A stretch of DNA of 64,000 bases from Entomortierella parvispora E1425 (taxonomy: Eukaryota; Fungi; Mortierellomycota). The notes beneath the pieces are model-generated. The model was not told where the DNA came from. It searched no databases and saw only the letters and a list, made by a program, of their open reading frames with translations. The position numbers were made by a program, and so were the translations under genes. Positions 33,659 through 45,314 of this stretch are shown piece by piece; positions within the stretch are counted from its first letter, which is position 1, and every line of letters starts with the position of its first letter. Location of the stretch: the NCBI GenBank assembly GCA_020891255.1, contig BQFW01000010.1, positions 124,001 through 188,000 on the forward strand, written 5' to 3'.

Positions 33659-36600
33659 ATGGCGCAACCCCCGAATCCGAAACCCACACTCGAATTACCG
33701 CCTACCAAAGGCAGACACTCCAGGTCCGCCAGCTCAGGATCTAACGCCAAACAGAGCTGGTGGTCCCGCACAAAGGAGAAAACAGGCGATGCCTTGGGCA
33801 AATTGAGCATTTCAGCGAGCAACAAAACAAGATCACGCTCAACATCACCGGCACCCCATTCCACCACAACAGGATCTGGATGCAATCCCACGCCAATCGC
33901 CGCGCTCGTCACTGTACTGCAAGGTTCTCAGTGCGCCTCCAGTTTGAATTTCAACACTTCCAGCTCAACCATCACAGCGATTTCTGCCACTAGTCTAGCT
34001 ACTTCTTCCTCCAGTTTGGCTGCGACTGCTCCATCCATCAGTATCTCAGCTTCAGTGCCACAGTCGGCATCCGCAAGCAGCAACTCGACATCGACCGAAG
34101 TCGCCAACACGCCTATATCAAGCAATTTTGGCGCACCTCTCAATCCAGTTCAGGCATTGCGAGTGCTGCCCCCGGACATATTCCCGGACAACGGTGTTGC
34201 AAGAACAAAGATCGATTACTCTGTACCCAATATTGGTGATGACTTTAGCGACGCTACCCAACTCTCTTGGTGTGCTCATGCTATATCCAGGAGAGTACCA
34301 TCCCCATTATCCTCAACATCGTCTTCCTCAAGACCCCTCAACGACAAGGATCAATGGATCCAACACATAGAGGAAAGCCCTCGAGAGAAGGAGCACATTT
34401 CCCTCATGATGCATCGAATGGTGGACAAATTCATTTTTGGTTCGACTAAGGACCCGGATTCCATTCGAGAGATCGTTCTCGTGGGACCATGGCTAGATAA
34501 GGCCCGCTACCTGGCTCTACTCAACCGCCTCTTCAACAATTTTCGAGACAATGCATTTTTGGATGTCAACAATCTCTTCGGCCTTGTTCAATTGGTTCAA
34601 GACGCGCCACCAAAGGCACTTGACCTGGACGGTCTGACTAGGATTCTTCGCTCTTTCAGACAACGACTCGAGGATTCAGCTGCTCAGGATTCAGAGAACA
34701 CATTTGATTTGACACTGGCATTGACGGTCTTGCTCACCGTACTCCTTGGCTTCCCAGAGACAAACCTCCGTCACGAACAGGAGCACGCGCCTCTGGTCGA
34801 TGTTTTATCAGACTTGAGAAAAAGCAAGAGCGCCCTTGTCAAGTATCAGGCCGAATATGCACTCCAGACCTTGCTTACTGTTCCGCACGATGAGACAACA
34901 CTACACGAATTTCGCCGCCACGCCATTGGGCTGACTGGTGGTCTCCTTACAATATCAAACATTGTCAGGCTGGAATTTGATGGGCTCAAGGAAGGTCTTC
35001 CTGACGTGATTGAAAGCGGAAAGGGACTCTATCGCCTTTTGAAGGAAAGACTTGGATCAGGACCTTTCGAGGCGTGGTACCTTGAAGCGCAAAAGGCAGA
35101 GGAATTCATTCGACAAGGTCACTTCAAAAACCTGAACCAGCTAATCAGCGAGGGACCTTGTGCGACGGATCCAAAGTTTCAATGGCGAGTTTCTCAGCTT
35201 CTTGGGGAGGTTGCTGTTGATGTCACATGGAATGACCTGACCCGCAGTCGAGCCCTCACTCTCCTGCACGAGTACATCAAAGTCAATAGCGGGCTAAAGC
35301 AGCAGCCAGAGATAAAGCGATGGGTGTTGACAATTCTTGGACACATTGTGGAGCGACTTGCCGACAACGCTCTTTTGGGCACCAACCGAATTCAAACAGT
35401 GCGCTGTGAGTCGATCATGGAACAGGCGCAAACACTGATGCTTGATATATGCCGATCTGGCGAGACACCGTTCGAGTCAACATACCCACTGCGATGTCGC
35501 CTCGCACTCCCACGATCATCAAGACTCTTGAAGGAGGTTATAAGCAGCCCCGATCTCGAATATGTTGTTCACCAACTCCGGCGTCAGCGATGGGAAAGAC
35601 ACAGCGACAAAGAAGTCTACATTGAGACGATGTCCAAAGCCAGCTTGCATGCGTCTGACGACAAGTTGACACCACTGAAGGAGCGCACTTGCGCTTTCCT
35701 GGAGGGAAAGGGAAAGGTGTTCCTCATTGTTGGAGACTCTGGAGCTGGAAAGTCAACATTCAGTCGTCGTCTCGAAAACGATCTCTGGGAAACATACGAG
35801 GAGGGAGGGGCTATTCCTCTATTCATCGACCTGAAAACCATCGACAGGGACAAAGATTTGATTGAGCAACACTTGGACGACCTCAGGTTGTTTTCAAAGG
35901 ACCACATGGATGAACTCAGATTGAATCGGGATGTTGTTTTGATCTGCGATGGGTTCGATGAGCGCCGCAACATGACCAACTTGTACGCCAAAAATAGATT
36001 CCATGCACCAAAACAATGGAAAGTCAAGATGTTGATCAGCTGTCGTACCCAATACCTTAAAGAAGACTATAGGTCACTTTTCGAACCTCAGTCGGACATC
36101 ACGTACAACCAGAGCCGATCTGGATCATCTGAGCTCTTTGAGGAGGCTACCATTGTTCCATTCAAAGAGGAGCAAATCCAGGATTACATTGAGCAGTTCA
36201 CCAAACACCAAAGTAAATGGCCTGAAACTGATGAGCAGCAACTGTGGACTGCGGAACGATATACAAAGACGATGAAAACCATCCCTCAGTTAACGAACCT
36301 TGTCAAGAACCCCTTCTTGCTTCGACTCATGCTGGAGACACTCCCCAGGATCATAGGCTCACGCCAAGACCTCTCAACGATTCAAGTATCGAGGGTCAGA
36401 CTTTACGACGAATTTGTATTCCAGCGCTTCATGAATGAACATTTGCGACTGTGTCGCCAGAGATCCAACAATAGAATGAGTCAAGCAGAGCGAGACGCAC
36501 TCGACTCAGTCGAAGACGACTTTATTCACCACTGTATCGACTACTCCGCGAGACTTGCTGCCGCAATGTTTACGGAACAAGGAGGTGTCAATGCCGTGAA

Positions 36601-39295
36601 ATTCTCATTAGCAACCGATAAACAGGGGTGGAAGGCACAGTTCTTTGGAACGGAAGCAAATGCCAAGTTGCTCCGAGAGTCCAGTGCGATAGTCAAGAGT
36701 CGAAATTCGTTCAAATTCGAGCATCGGTCCATCATGGAATACTTTTTCACCTGTCTGATCTTCGAGCCACGGCGAGTTTCCTCCGACACTGACGACTCCA
36801 GGAAGGCCCATCGACATCTTCATCTTGCCGATTGCCTTGATACGACAGAGGTGCCGTCTCCTCTTGCCCGTCATCCTTTTGGGTTACTGGACATTGTCCA
36901 TTCAGAGCCATCTGTCATCGACTTTATGACTGAGCGCGTCCAGCAGAATCTCGACTTCAAGAACCAACTACATGCCATCATTAACCTGTCAAAGCTGGAT
37001 GCAAGTGTCAGTCAGGCAGCCGCCAATGCTATCACTATTCTTGTGCGCGCCGGTGTGCATTTTAATGGGGCCGACCTTCGATATATCCGAATCTCTGGAG
37101 CAGATCTAACAGAGGGACAATTCGACTATACGCGTTTTGAGGGCGCTGATTTGAAAGGATGCAATTTTACCAGGACTTGGTTGCGGCATGCGGATTTCAC
37201 TAGCGCCCAGATGGAGAATGTCTGGTTCGGAGAAAAGCCATATCTGAGAGTTCCTGGACTATGCTCCTTTGCGGCCTCGCCTAATGGAGAGATGCTGGCA
37301 GCCGGGCTAGAGAAAGGGGATATCACGGTTTATGGTTCTCCGGATTGGCGACTCCTGTACACCTTGAGGGGCCATTCCGAGCGAATCAACAGTGTGACGT
37401 TCTCTAGCGATGGTGAGCGAATCGCCTCTGGGAGCGATGATCGAAATGTCCGTGTCTGGTGCTTGTTGACAGGGAACTGTATCCAAACGTTCAAAGGACA
37501 CTCGCACGCGGTGGAATGCGTGCTCTTTGCGCCAGATGGGCGAAGGGTCGCAGCGCAATATAACCACAACACTGTCCGTATTTGGGACATTCGATCTGGT
37601 GAATATGGCCCAAGTGTGAATGTCCACACCTGCCATAAAGTGATGCTCGAAGAAGGTACCCTCATCCTGAAAGAGAATGGAGGAGATTCCTTTCGATGGG
37701 ACATTGTTTCAGGAAAAATGCAACATTATATAAGGGGCTACTTCTGGAGCAGCATGGCGTGGTCTCCTGATGGTGATTACCTTGCCGCTGGAGGCAGTTG
37801 TAACACAGTGAAGTTATGGAATGTGGCAACAAATGAATTCAAGACACTCTCCCAAGGCCATATCGCCGATACTGTGTGCAAAGTATTCACATATTCTCCA
37901 GATGGTACCCGCCTTGTTACTGAACAAGATGGTCGCCTCTGTCTGTGGACGCTACCCACTGGTAACAGCAAACCGGTCGTCATAAATAACTATGGAAGAG
38001 ACACCACTGCTGCATCGTTTTCGAGAGATGGTCGATGGATTGCCGCATGCGGATATGATCAGTCTGTGAGGCTGTGGGATGTACAGTCTGGATCCTGTGT
38101 CGCGACCATGAGAGGTCATCAACATTTAGTTTGCGGCGTGGCTTTCCTGAATGACAGAGAACTAGCATCGGGTGGATGTGACGGAATGGCGAGGTTCTGG
38201 CAACTACGCAGTGAGACAGGATCGAAGTGGGTGGAGCATGGTGGGACAAAGAACCAGAGACGAGACTACGATAACGCCGTATACCATCCTAATGGCAAAT
38301 GGCTGACCACCATCACCTACAACTGCGGACCTATTCGACAGTGGGACTCAGAGACGGGTGTTTCCCAGTTGGTCTCTATCTTTTCTCAAGGATCAACCAT
38401 ATCCTATTCTTCAGACGGTCAAAAGTGGGCCGTAGCCGCTCCAAGGATGTGCACCATCTATGAAGCATCAAAGGATGGATGGCGATCTTTAGAGGAGCTG
38501 GAAGGATCCCCTGTTGTGTATTCCCCTTGTGGTACACGAATGGCTATTGGACGTAACAATGGTGATATTCAATTGCGAGATCTCCGTCCAAATGTTGGTG
38601 ATCACAGACTATTGAAGGGGCCATCATCCTCGGCACGCAAGTTGGTTTTCTCTCGAAGCGGAGGCCTTCTTGCATCATTAGGCAACTACTATACACAAAT
38701 CTGGATTTGGGACATTGACCAGACGGATTGTCCCAGACCACTCTGCGGGAAGTATACAGGGCTGTCGGATATTGCCTTTTCGCCTTGTGGTGGCATTGTG
38801 GCTATTGCTTATAATTCAGGTATCAGTCTTCTAAATGTGAGGACTGAAGAGGAGGTAGCCCTCCTAAACGAGGGTACGTTCACAGGATGCGTTGCTTGGT
38901 CGAACTGCGGTCGTTGGATAATTGCTAAAAGCGGTGGTCAAGTCGTGCTGTGGAAGATTGATACCGAAGGGTCGGGACTTAAAGGCTGCAATACGGGGGC
39001 AGTTGTAGAACTTCATGCGGACAGTCTACAATGGAGTCCCTCCTCTCTAGAATTTGCGATCTTGAGTTTCGATTCAATATCCGTTTGGAAGATTGTAGAG
39101 GACAAAGAAGGGATCCGTTTATGTTTGGTCTGGGGGTCGTTTGTCAACCGGTTGATGACCGAAGGAACCAGTATCATTGGCGCGATAGGTCTGAGCGGGA
39201 TGCATCGAACGTTACTAGTGCAGCGCAGCAAGGAGCCACCGACCATCCTATGGCCCAAGTTTATGAGATCTCAGAGCTATCTTCAAGAACTCTAA
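33659..39295 (+). CDS. NLR-like STAND protein: Ser/Thr-rich N-terminus, helical ARM-like region, NACHT, pentapeptide repeats, WD40 repeats; intronless
   Basis: Walker A GDSGAGKST, Walker B LICDGFDE, NPFLLRL, pentapeptides (FNGADLRYIRISGADLTEGQFDYTRFEGADLKGCNF), and GH..V.FS.DG..SGS.D..VRVW WD repeats. First ATG is at 33659; a short upstream exon cannot be excluded. Confidence 0.9.
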   Translation: MAQPPNPKPTLELPPTKGRHSRSASSGSNAKQSWWSRTKEKTGDALGKLSISASNKTRSRSTSPAPHSTTTGSGCNPTPIAALVTVLQGSQCASSLNFNTSSSTITAISATSLATSSSSLAATAPSISISASVPQSASASSNSTSTEVANTPISSNFGAPLNPVQALRVLPPDIFPDNGVARTKIDYSVPNIGDDFSDATQLSWCAHAISRRVPSPLSSTSSSSRPLNDKDQWIQHIEESPREKEHISLMMHRMVDKFIFGSTKDPDSIREIVLVGPWLDKARYLALLNRLFNNFRDNAFLDVNNLFGLVQLVQDAPPKALDLDGLTRILRSFRQRLEDSAAQDSENTFDLTLALTVLLTVLLGFPETNLRHEQEHAPLVDVLSDLRKSKSALVKYQAEYALQTLLTVPHDETTLHEFRRHAIGLTGGLLTISNIVRLEFDGLKEGLPDVIESGKGLYRLLKERLGSGPFEAWYLEAQKAEEFIRQGHFKNLNQLISEGPCATDPKFQWRVSQLLGEVAVDVTWNDLTRSRALTLLHEYIKVNSGLKQQPEIKRWVLTILGHIVERLADNALLGTNRIQTVRCESIMEQAQTLMLDICRSGETPFESTYPLRCRLALPRSSRLLKEVISSPDLEYVVHQLRRQRWERHSDKEVYIETMSKASLHASDDKLTPLKERTCAFLEGKGKVFLIVGDSGAGKSTFSRRLENDLWETYEEGGAIPLFIDLKTIDRDKDLIEQHLDDLRLFSKDHMDELRLNRDVVLICDGFDERRNMTNLYAKNRFHAPKQWKVKMLISCRTQYLKEDYRSLFEPQSDITYNQSRSGSSELFEEATIVPFKEEQIQDYIEQFTKHQSKWPETDEQQLWTAERYTKTMKTIPQLTNLVKNPFLLRLMLETLPRIIGSRQDLSTIQVSRVRLYDEFVFQRFMNEHLRLCRQRSNNRMSQAERDALDSVEDDFIHHCIDYSARLAAAMFTEQGGVNAVKFSLATDKQGWKAQFFGTEANAKLLRESSAIVKSRNSFKFEHRSIMEYFFTCLIFEPRRVSSDTDDSRKAHRHLHLADCLDTTEVPSPLARHPFGLLDIVHSEPSVIDFMTERVQQNLDFKNQLHAIINLSKLDASVSQAAANAITILVRAGVHFNGADLRYIRISGADLTEGQFDYTRFEGADLKGCNFTRTWLRHADFTSAQMENVWFGEKPYLRVPGLCSFAASPNGEMLAAGLEKGDITVYGSPDWRLLYTLRGHSERINSVTFSSDGERIASGSDDRNVRVWCLLTGNCIQTFKGHSHAVECVLFAPDGRRVAAQYNHNTVRIWDIRSGEYGPSVNVHTCHKVMLEEGTLILKENGGDSFRWDIVSGKMQHYIRGYFWSSMAWSPDGDYLAAGGSCNTVKLWNVATNEFKTLSQGHIADTVCKVFTYSPDGTRLVTEQDGRLCLWTLPTGNSKPVVINNYGRDTTAASFSRDGRWIAACGYDQSVRLWDVQSGSCVATMRGHQHLVCGVAFLNDRELASGGCDGMARFWQLRSETGSKWVEHGGTKNQRRDYDNAVYHPNGKWLTTITYNCGPIRQWDSETGVSQLVSIFSQGSTISYSSDGQKWAVAAPRMCTIYEASKDGWRSLEELEGSPVVYSPCGTRMAIGRNNGDIQLRDLRPNVGDHRLLKGPSSSARKLVFSRSGGLLASLGNYYTQIWIWDIDQTDCPRPLCGKYTGLSDIAFSPCGGIVAIAYNSGISLLNVRTEEEVALLNEGTFTGCVAWSNCGRWIIAKSGGQVVLWKIDTEGSGLKGCNTGAVVELHADSLQWSPSSLEFAILSFDSISVWKIVEDKEGIRLCLVWGSFVNRLMTEGTSIIGAIGLSGMHRTLLVQRSKEPPTILWPKFMRSQSYLQEL

Positions 39296-39543
39296 GGACC
39301 AAATCCTGATCAACAAAGATTGATTGCGACACGATAAGAAAACAAATAAAAAGAGAGGGGTTGAAGCAGCCATCACCGCTCTGGTTCTGATTTCCTGATT
39401 GCTTGTCCACGCCCTTCATCCATTTTACTCATTCATTCAGGTACTCAATCACACTATTTAATCTATGTTCCTTATCAGTTTGCTTTTTTTTTTTCTATTC
39501 TTGCCTCAGTATATTTGGATTGGAGATATGGCAATGACAGAGT

Positions 39544-39938
39544 TTATTGCTGTGCTTGAAGCAGACGTTCCCGTTCCAAGACTATAGTCTTCAGAGTATG
39601 ATCTGGTACTACGTGCATCGCACGAACCGACTCGATGATATGCTGTGCTTTAGCATCACCCACTGAGGTATTCAAGACGCCCAGAGCCATTCCAGAGACA
39701 ACACTGCAGTGGTGGTCATTGCTCTCGAGAGCTCCAGTTGGAGGATTGTACATGGCGTAAAGCAGTTGATTGAACGAGATGTAATCCGAATATTTGGTTG
39801 TAGGTGTCACAGCATCGCGTCTGAGATCCTGGAGGTTGCGGCCTGAAGAATCTCATTGTCCACGTCGTTGATATACTGGCTCCTGACTGAGAGTGCCAGA
39901 CGCCACAAGACGGGACGATGAATGTCGATTGGGTTCAT
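39544..39938 (-). pseudogene. Orphan coding-like sequence split by a one-base frameshift
   Basis: A 43-aa ORF at 39938-39807 (MNPIDIHRPVLWRL..SDAML*) overlaps, via GTGA, an 88-codon frame at 39810-39544 ending LERERLLQAQQ*. No family recognised. Confidence 0.35.
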
Positions 39939-40228
39939 GGGTTGCTGGAAAAACTACAAAGGAGGGCTCCTGGGTTGTATTGAAAAGATGCCAAGAGCAA
40001 GAGTCTTCTGCGTGAGAAAAGAACAAAAATAAAAAAAAAATCCACAGACCCCCGGAATTTGATGGATGGGCACAGGACTTGCAAGTTTTCTTGGTGCTAC
40101 CACAAAAGAGCTCAGTCGGCTTCAATGGAACTTATTTTTTAATACTGATCCAGATCTCTGCGTTTTTCTTTACAAGAGTCCTGGGCAATCAGGAGCAGAC
40201 GATCGATCCTCAGAGTCAAAAGCGCGAT

Positions 40229-43200
40229 TCATACGGCAATGAACACGTCAGGGTCTTCAGAGCCGATCACTGGGAATCCAAAATCATCGAAAGCGTCTTC
40301 GAGCTCCGCGTCCGACATCTGCACAACCTTCACGCCGTCGTTCTCTTCCTGCCCTGACCCCAGGTCTCGCACATCTTCCTCGGAGTAATCTACTTCATCT
40401 TCACTAATATCCTCATACTGCAGTGGTTGATCCCGCCCAAAGAATTGATCAGGACTCTCTATGATCCGTGCCATCTCGACCTCAACCCCCTTTTTTGCCG
40501 CAGCTACCAGGACCAATTCTGGGAGTCCCTTCTTTCTCATCCTGTGGTTGGACCTTGGTAGTTCCTCATCAGCAGTATCCACCCCGCCATCTTCCACGCC
40601 ACTGCTTGATCCAGAGACAAACCCATCCGCGACCACCCCCCATCCTTCTTCCCGTGCCGGTCGATCCTCTCGTCTACGTTTCGCCCAACTCTGCCAACCA
40701 AGGAACGCATTCTTGACCTTTTCTCTCCGCTTGGACTTTAGATGCATCACCAACATGTAGTAGAGATGCATTTCCTCGCCACGCAATTGTGTTAACTCTG
40801 GTGGAAGGATGATGGACATTTCCAACGCGGCGCTGGGGGATGAAACATCGTGTCGAGGAGGTGAACGAGGTCCTCCTGGAGACATGGGGTCTTTTGAGCT
40901 CAAGATCACGCCTGGGAAGGTAAACTGCTTCCGTTGCTGCTCATCAAACATGCTGGAGTGCCAAGTGTCCATCCTCGTAGTCGCCGCTGACGATTTGTAT
41001 ACCGTGGATACTTGAGTTCCGCCTTCAGAAAGTGGGCAAGATGGAGAAGGGGGGTGGTAATGAAGAAGGATCGTCCTTGTATCCGGCAGGAATGGTGGTG
41101 TGGTGTTGAAATAATACTCGGACCATAGAGCAGTATATCGACCGCCCGTTTGTACGGTCAACACGTTTTTTCTCCAGTCGTCCATCACGCGATGCGATCC
41201 CGATCCTGACCCTGAGGACGCTGATGATAGTGGGGGCGGCGGCGAATAGTCTCGATTCGTAAACCAGCCCCGATGTCTCTGGATCCATTTCCAGATGGAT
41301 GGAGTTCTCTGACGCATCCGGTCTCGTTTCCGTTCCCGCTCAGAATTGTATAAAAAGTCGCCAAAGGGGGATAATCCGCCTGATCCTGCTCTGGCCAAGA
41401 CGATGAGGAGATAGTCATTGAACTCGAATTGGCTTGGATGTTGCTGCACAATATGGTGCAGACAGGTCAGGAACAAAATAAAGACAGGCGAGGGCGATAG
41501 AGGGACCATGGTCGCAATGGAAGTCGCTCCAGGTTGAGGTAAGGTCGCAGTAGGTGGAGAAGAATGAGTTGATGGTTGCTGTGGGGGATATTTTGGTGGC
41601 ACGGGTGTAGACATTGGCCGAGGTGGGTATCCTGTATACATTTGACGAGTAGGTTTTGATACTGGGGTTTCCTGATACGATTTTTCGCTCTTTTCCGTTG
41701 CCGACGGTGAAGAAATATCCACCGGTTGCTGTCGTGCATCCATGTGGTATGTGAACGACGGAAAAGGCTCGAGATCTTTGGGTGGGTCGGGGTCAGGATA
41801 GACATTCTTTCTCATTTTTCGAGAATAAGAGACGGATTCCTTGGCACCGTTGGGGCTGGACTGAACCTCGGCAGCCGATTTCCAGTTCTCAGTCGTGTCG
41901 ACATCGAAACCTGCCGTCCCAGGCTTCCTACCCTGGCCGTTGGGAACGGCGTCTGTCCTGGACTGAAAAGGGTGTCCACATGATAGCCATTCTTTTTCGA
42001 TCAGGATACGCAACCCCTGAATTGTCCTGAAAAATGGATCCATTAAAATCTGTGCCAAGGAAACCAGTTGGGTTGTCCTGTCCCATCCATCTGTGCAATG
42101 CTAACAAATAAAACAATGAAAAAGTATTAATAACGGGGTCATGAATTCCAACCGCCGGTTGACGTTTGACCCAGTAACGGCATAGCAGCACATACAACCA
42201 ACACCGATGCGTTAGAGCCGACCATCTTGCCAACCACGCCTTCTTGTCCAGATGCCGCCTTCAATAGATCTGCCACATGGTTCAGCCACCCTGTTGACTC
42301 AATCAAACTGAACCAGTTCGGAGAGTCGGCCTGGTTCGAAACGGCCTTCAACACTGCCTGATGAGAATTGGCGATGGTGTGAATGTTTCCCAAGGACATA
42401 AACGAAATAGAGGCGTTGGGATAATGTTCTAAACAGTGAAACAGGGCGGAGGGACGAAATTAGATTACGAACAATCCCGTGGAAATCTACCGCGATACCC
42501 ATGTCGCTCTGAATCTCCAAAGTTACCTGGATTTTCTCGCCCTCCGCCAACATATCCATTGGCAACAGCAGAGGCGAATGCACGAGCGTCCATGATGCAC
42601 AGTTTTGGACTAGTACGATGCTTTGAGTCTGCCCCCGCCTGTTTTGCTGCACTACTGAGAATCGTCCTAATATATAGCTCATCCTCTGGTCCTCTATGTG
42701 CTCAAAAAAGGGCAAAGAAGGAGAACATGTAAGTCTTGCTTGTCGCCACCGTATACTACTGTTGCATTTCAATATATACCTGGCTCCAAGGAACCCAACC
42801 ATGGGCTGCGAGCTCCTCATCAGCACCAGACCAGAATCCGGTGACCTCCAACACAAGACTGGGAATCGTTTGTTGGACCGAAAGTTTGTTAATTGCTGTA
42901 GGCAGGTGCGTGCGGTTTCATCCAAGGCTATATAGGCTGGTCCTGCGCGGTTTCCATGGCTCGACTTTGTAGGATCCGAGTGACGGTCATGGGCCCGCAA
43001 GTTGTTGGATCCTGAGGTGAGAAAACAGGTTGGCATAATGACTTGCTCAGGATATGTGGGCGAGAGTTCAAAGTCGGCGTTGATATCGGCTACACACCTT
43101 GAAAGGATGATAGTGATATCAAGAACGATTTTAGAAAGATCTCAGATTTTTGGCATAGAAAAAAAAATCGGACTGCCATAGCATACATACCATAGTGACT

Positions 43201-44347
43201 CGTCAAACCCTTGGCGTTGAAACTCGTTGGCGATGTCGTATCCTCCAAACCAGCCTAATTTCTGAGCAACAGCCCTTGACTTGTCTCTAGACATATCCTT
43301 ATAATGACTGTCGTCTCCCGCATCCTCTAACGAGATGATATCCTCTGCTGTCCAAAGAGATGGTCCTTGTTTCCGACTCTCCATAGTTTTTGAATCTTCG
43401 TCCTGCTGTTGTGATGTTGGAGGATGGAGAATTGCCTTTCCCATCTTGTAAGGAAACCTTGTCGAAACCTGCTCATTGAATACCAACGTCTTCAAGATGG
43501 TCATGATCGTGACTACTACAGGTGGTCCATGTCGACTGTCCTGCTGAGCGATCAGATAGCGCGACGTGTCAAACTTGAGGGTGATAGTAATTCGGTCATG
43601 ATCCTGTAATGTCATTTTGGCAATGCTTCCTAGGACGACTTGCTCCAGGATCTGGCCTTGACCGTTGGCGGAAAAGCGCACGAGACACACTCTGAAGTCC
43701 GTGATTTCAAGTTGCAGATTGGTCGACTGGGGAGGTTTTTCAGCAGTGACTAAAGTGGACCCTGACCCTTCCCGGTTCTTTCCCGCTGATGAGAGCACTT
43801 GCTGTTCCTGATTTAGGCCCATCGCTGACTGTAATGCCTCTGATGATGGTGGAGGTAGTAGTACTTCTTGTCCGTCGTGTGAATACTTCTGCTTGTGATG
43901 TTGTTTTCCGGGGTACGATTGGTGATGCAGATAATGCTGTTGATGTGGGCCATGGTGCTGAGGTAATCCTCCGTATGAGAGTGACGACGACGGATCCTGC
44001 GCCAGCTTTCCATGTAATGTCCTTCCAGCTGCGGTCAATAAAGACGCCAGGTGCGCCGAGGGGGACGCTCGATGAGGGTGACTACGCCCAACATGGGCCG
44101 AAGAAGAAAGACCCCGCGTTGTGGAAGAGTCTCGGTCGTGGCGGCCATGCAGACCGAATCGGGTGTCATTGCTCGATGGAGACGATCCAGAGAGAACGGA
44201 GAAAGCCAAAGGGTCGCCACGGGTATCAATACGATAGAAATCAACGTGTCCTGTGAAGGTTGCCTGGACTTCCTCCCCTGGTAGAAGCCACGGTCTCTTG
44301 TATTCTGCGGACGACGCGGAGGTCACAGTGGTAGCGGGGCGAACCAT
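40229..44347 (-). CDS. Myotubularin-family phosphoinositide 3-phosphatase, multi-exon
   Basis: W|[48 protein letters not shown], catalytic SVLV|[56 protein letters not shown]. Confidence 0.92.
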
Positions 44348-45314
44348 GATATCTGCTACTAAAGGTCGTTTCTTCCTTGGCTCCCGAGGAGTGATGAACG
44401 AATGAATGAACGAATGAATGAATGGGCACTGTCCACATTGCTTGGCATTGAACCAATGATGCATGCCATGCGAGTGCATCCTCGTGACTGTCGTCCGTCT
44501 GTCACGAGAAAAGAGAAAAAAGGAAAGAGAGTCGTCCGTGCGGCACAGACGCGCTCTGACCGCGAAAGGGGTTCCCACCCCTCTCAGCAGGCAAGCTCCT
44601 TTTATTGTGGAGGAAAAGGGGCGAGATTCGAGGGAGCATGCAGTGGCGTTCGTCTTCCTTGGGGAGAGGCACCCGAGAGTACATGTACTGACATAGAGAG
44701 AAACAGAAAGAGAGCACAGCAGGGTTGAGCAACATTCTTTTGCACTTTGTCATCCCCGCATCATCCTAGGTTGTGCAAGGGTAAGGGCTCTCGAATCACT
44801 TGAGAATGATACATCGCTGACACGTCCTTCTTTGCAAAATCATGTCCAGACAAGAACAGAGAGGACTGAGATCGCGCGTCGTCTCCCAGAGGAGCCACGT
44901 TCGATCCACTCGGCCCATCAAGCGAACGATCCAAGGAGAATGAACTTGCCAGGGGCTGCTCTTGAGACAAACAACAAATGGTGAGAAAAGCGATTCCAAA
45001 AAGGGGGAAACAGCAAAGAGGAAGAGGAAGGAGAAGAAGAAGGGGAAGAAGTAGCAAGAGAGAGAGAGGAACAATGTGAACAGAACGGACAAGGTGTCAT
45101 CATGGACATCATTTCCACCCTCAATGATGCAGTCGGTCCGTCCTTTTCTTTTTTGTTCTCACACACCCCAAACGCGCTTTCCTCTTTCTTCTCATTCTTT
45201 CCCACTCTCAACTCTCTTCCTTCCTTTCCCTTTCTCCCTTCTTTGTTTCCACTCCTTCAGCTTCCTCTCTTCTCCATTCCTTCCCCCTTTTTATATATAA
45301 TCACCTCAAACGCG

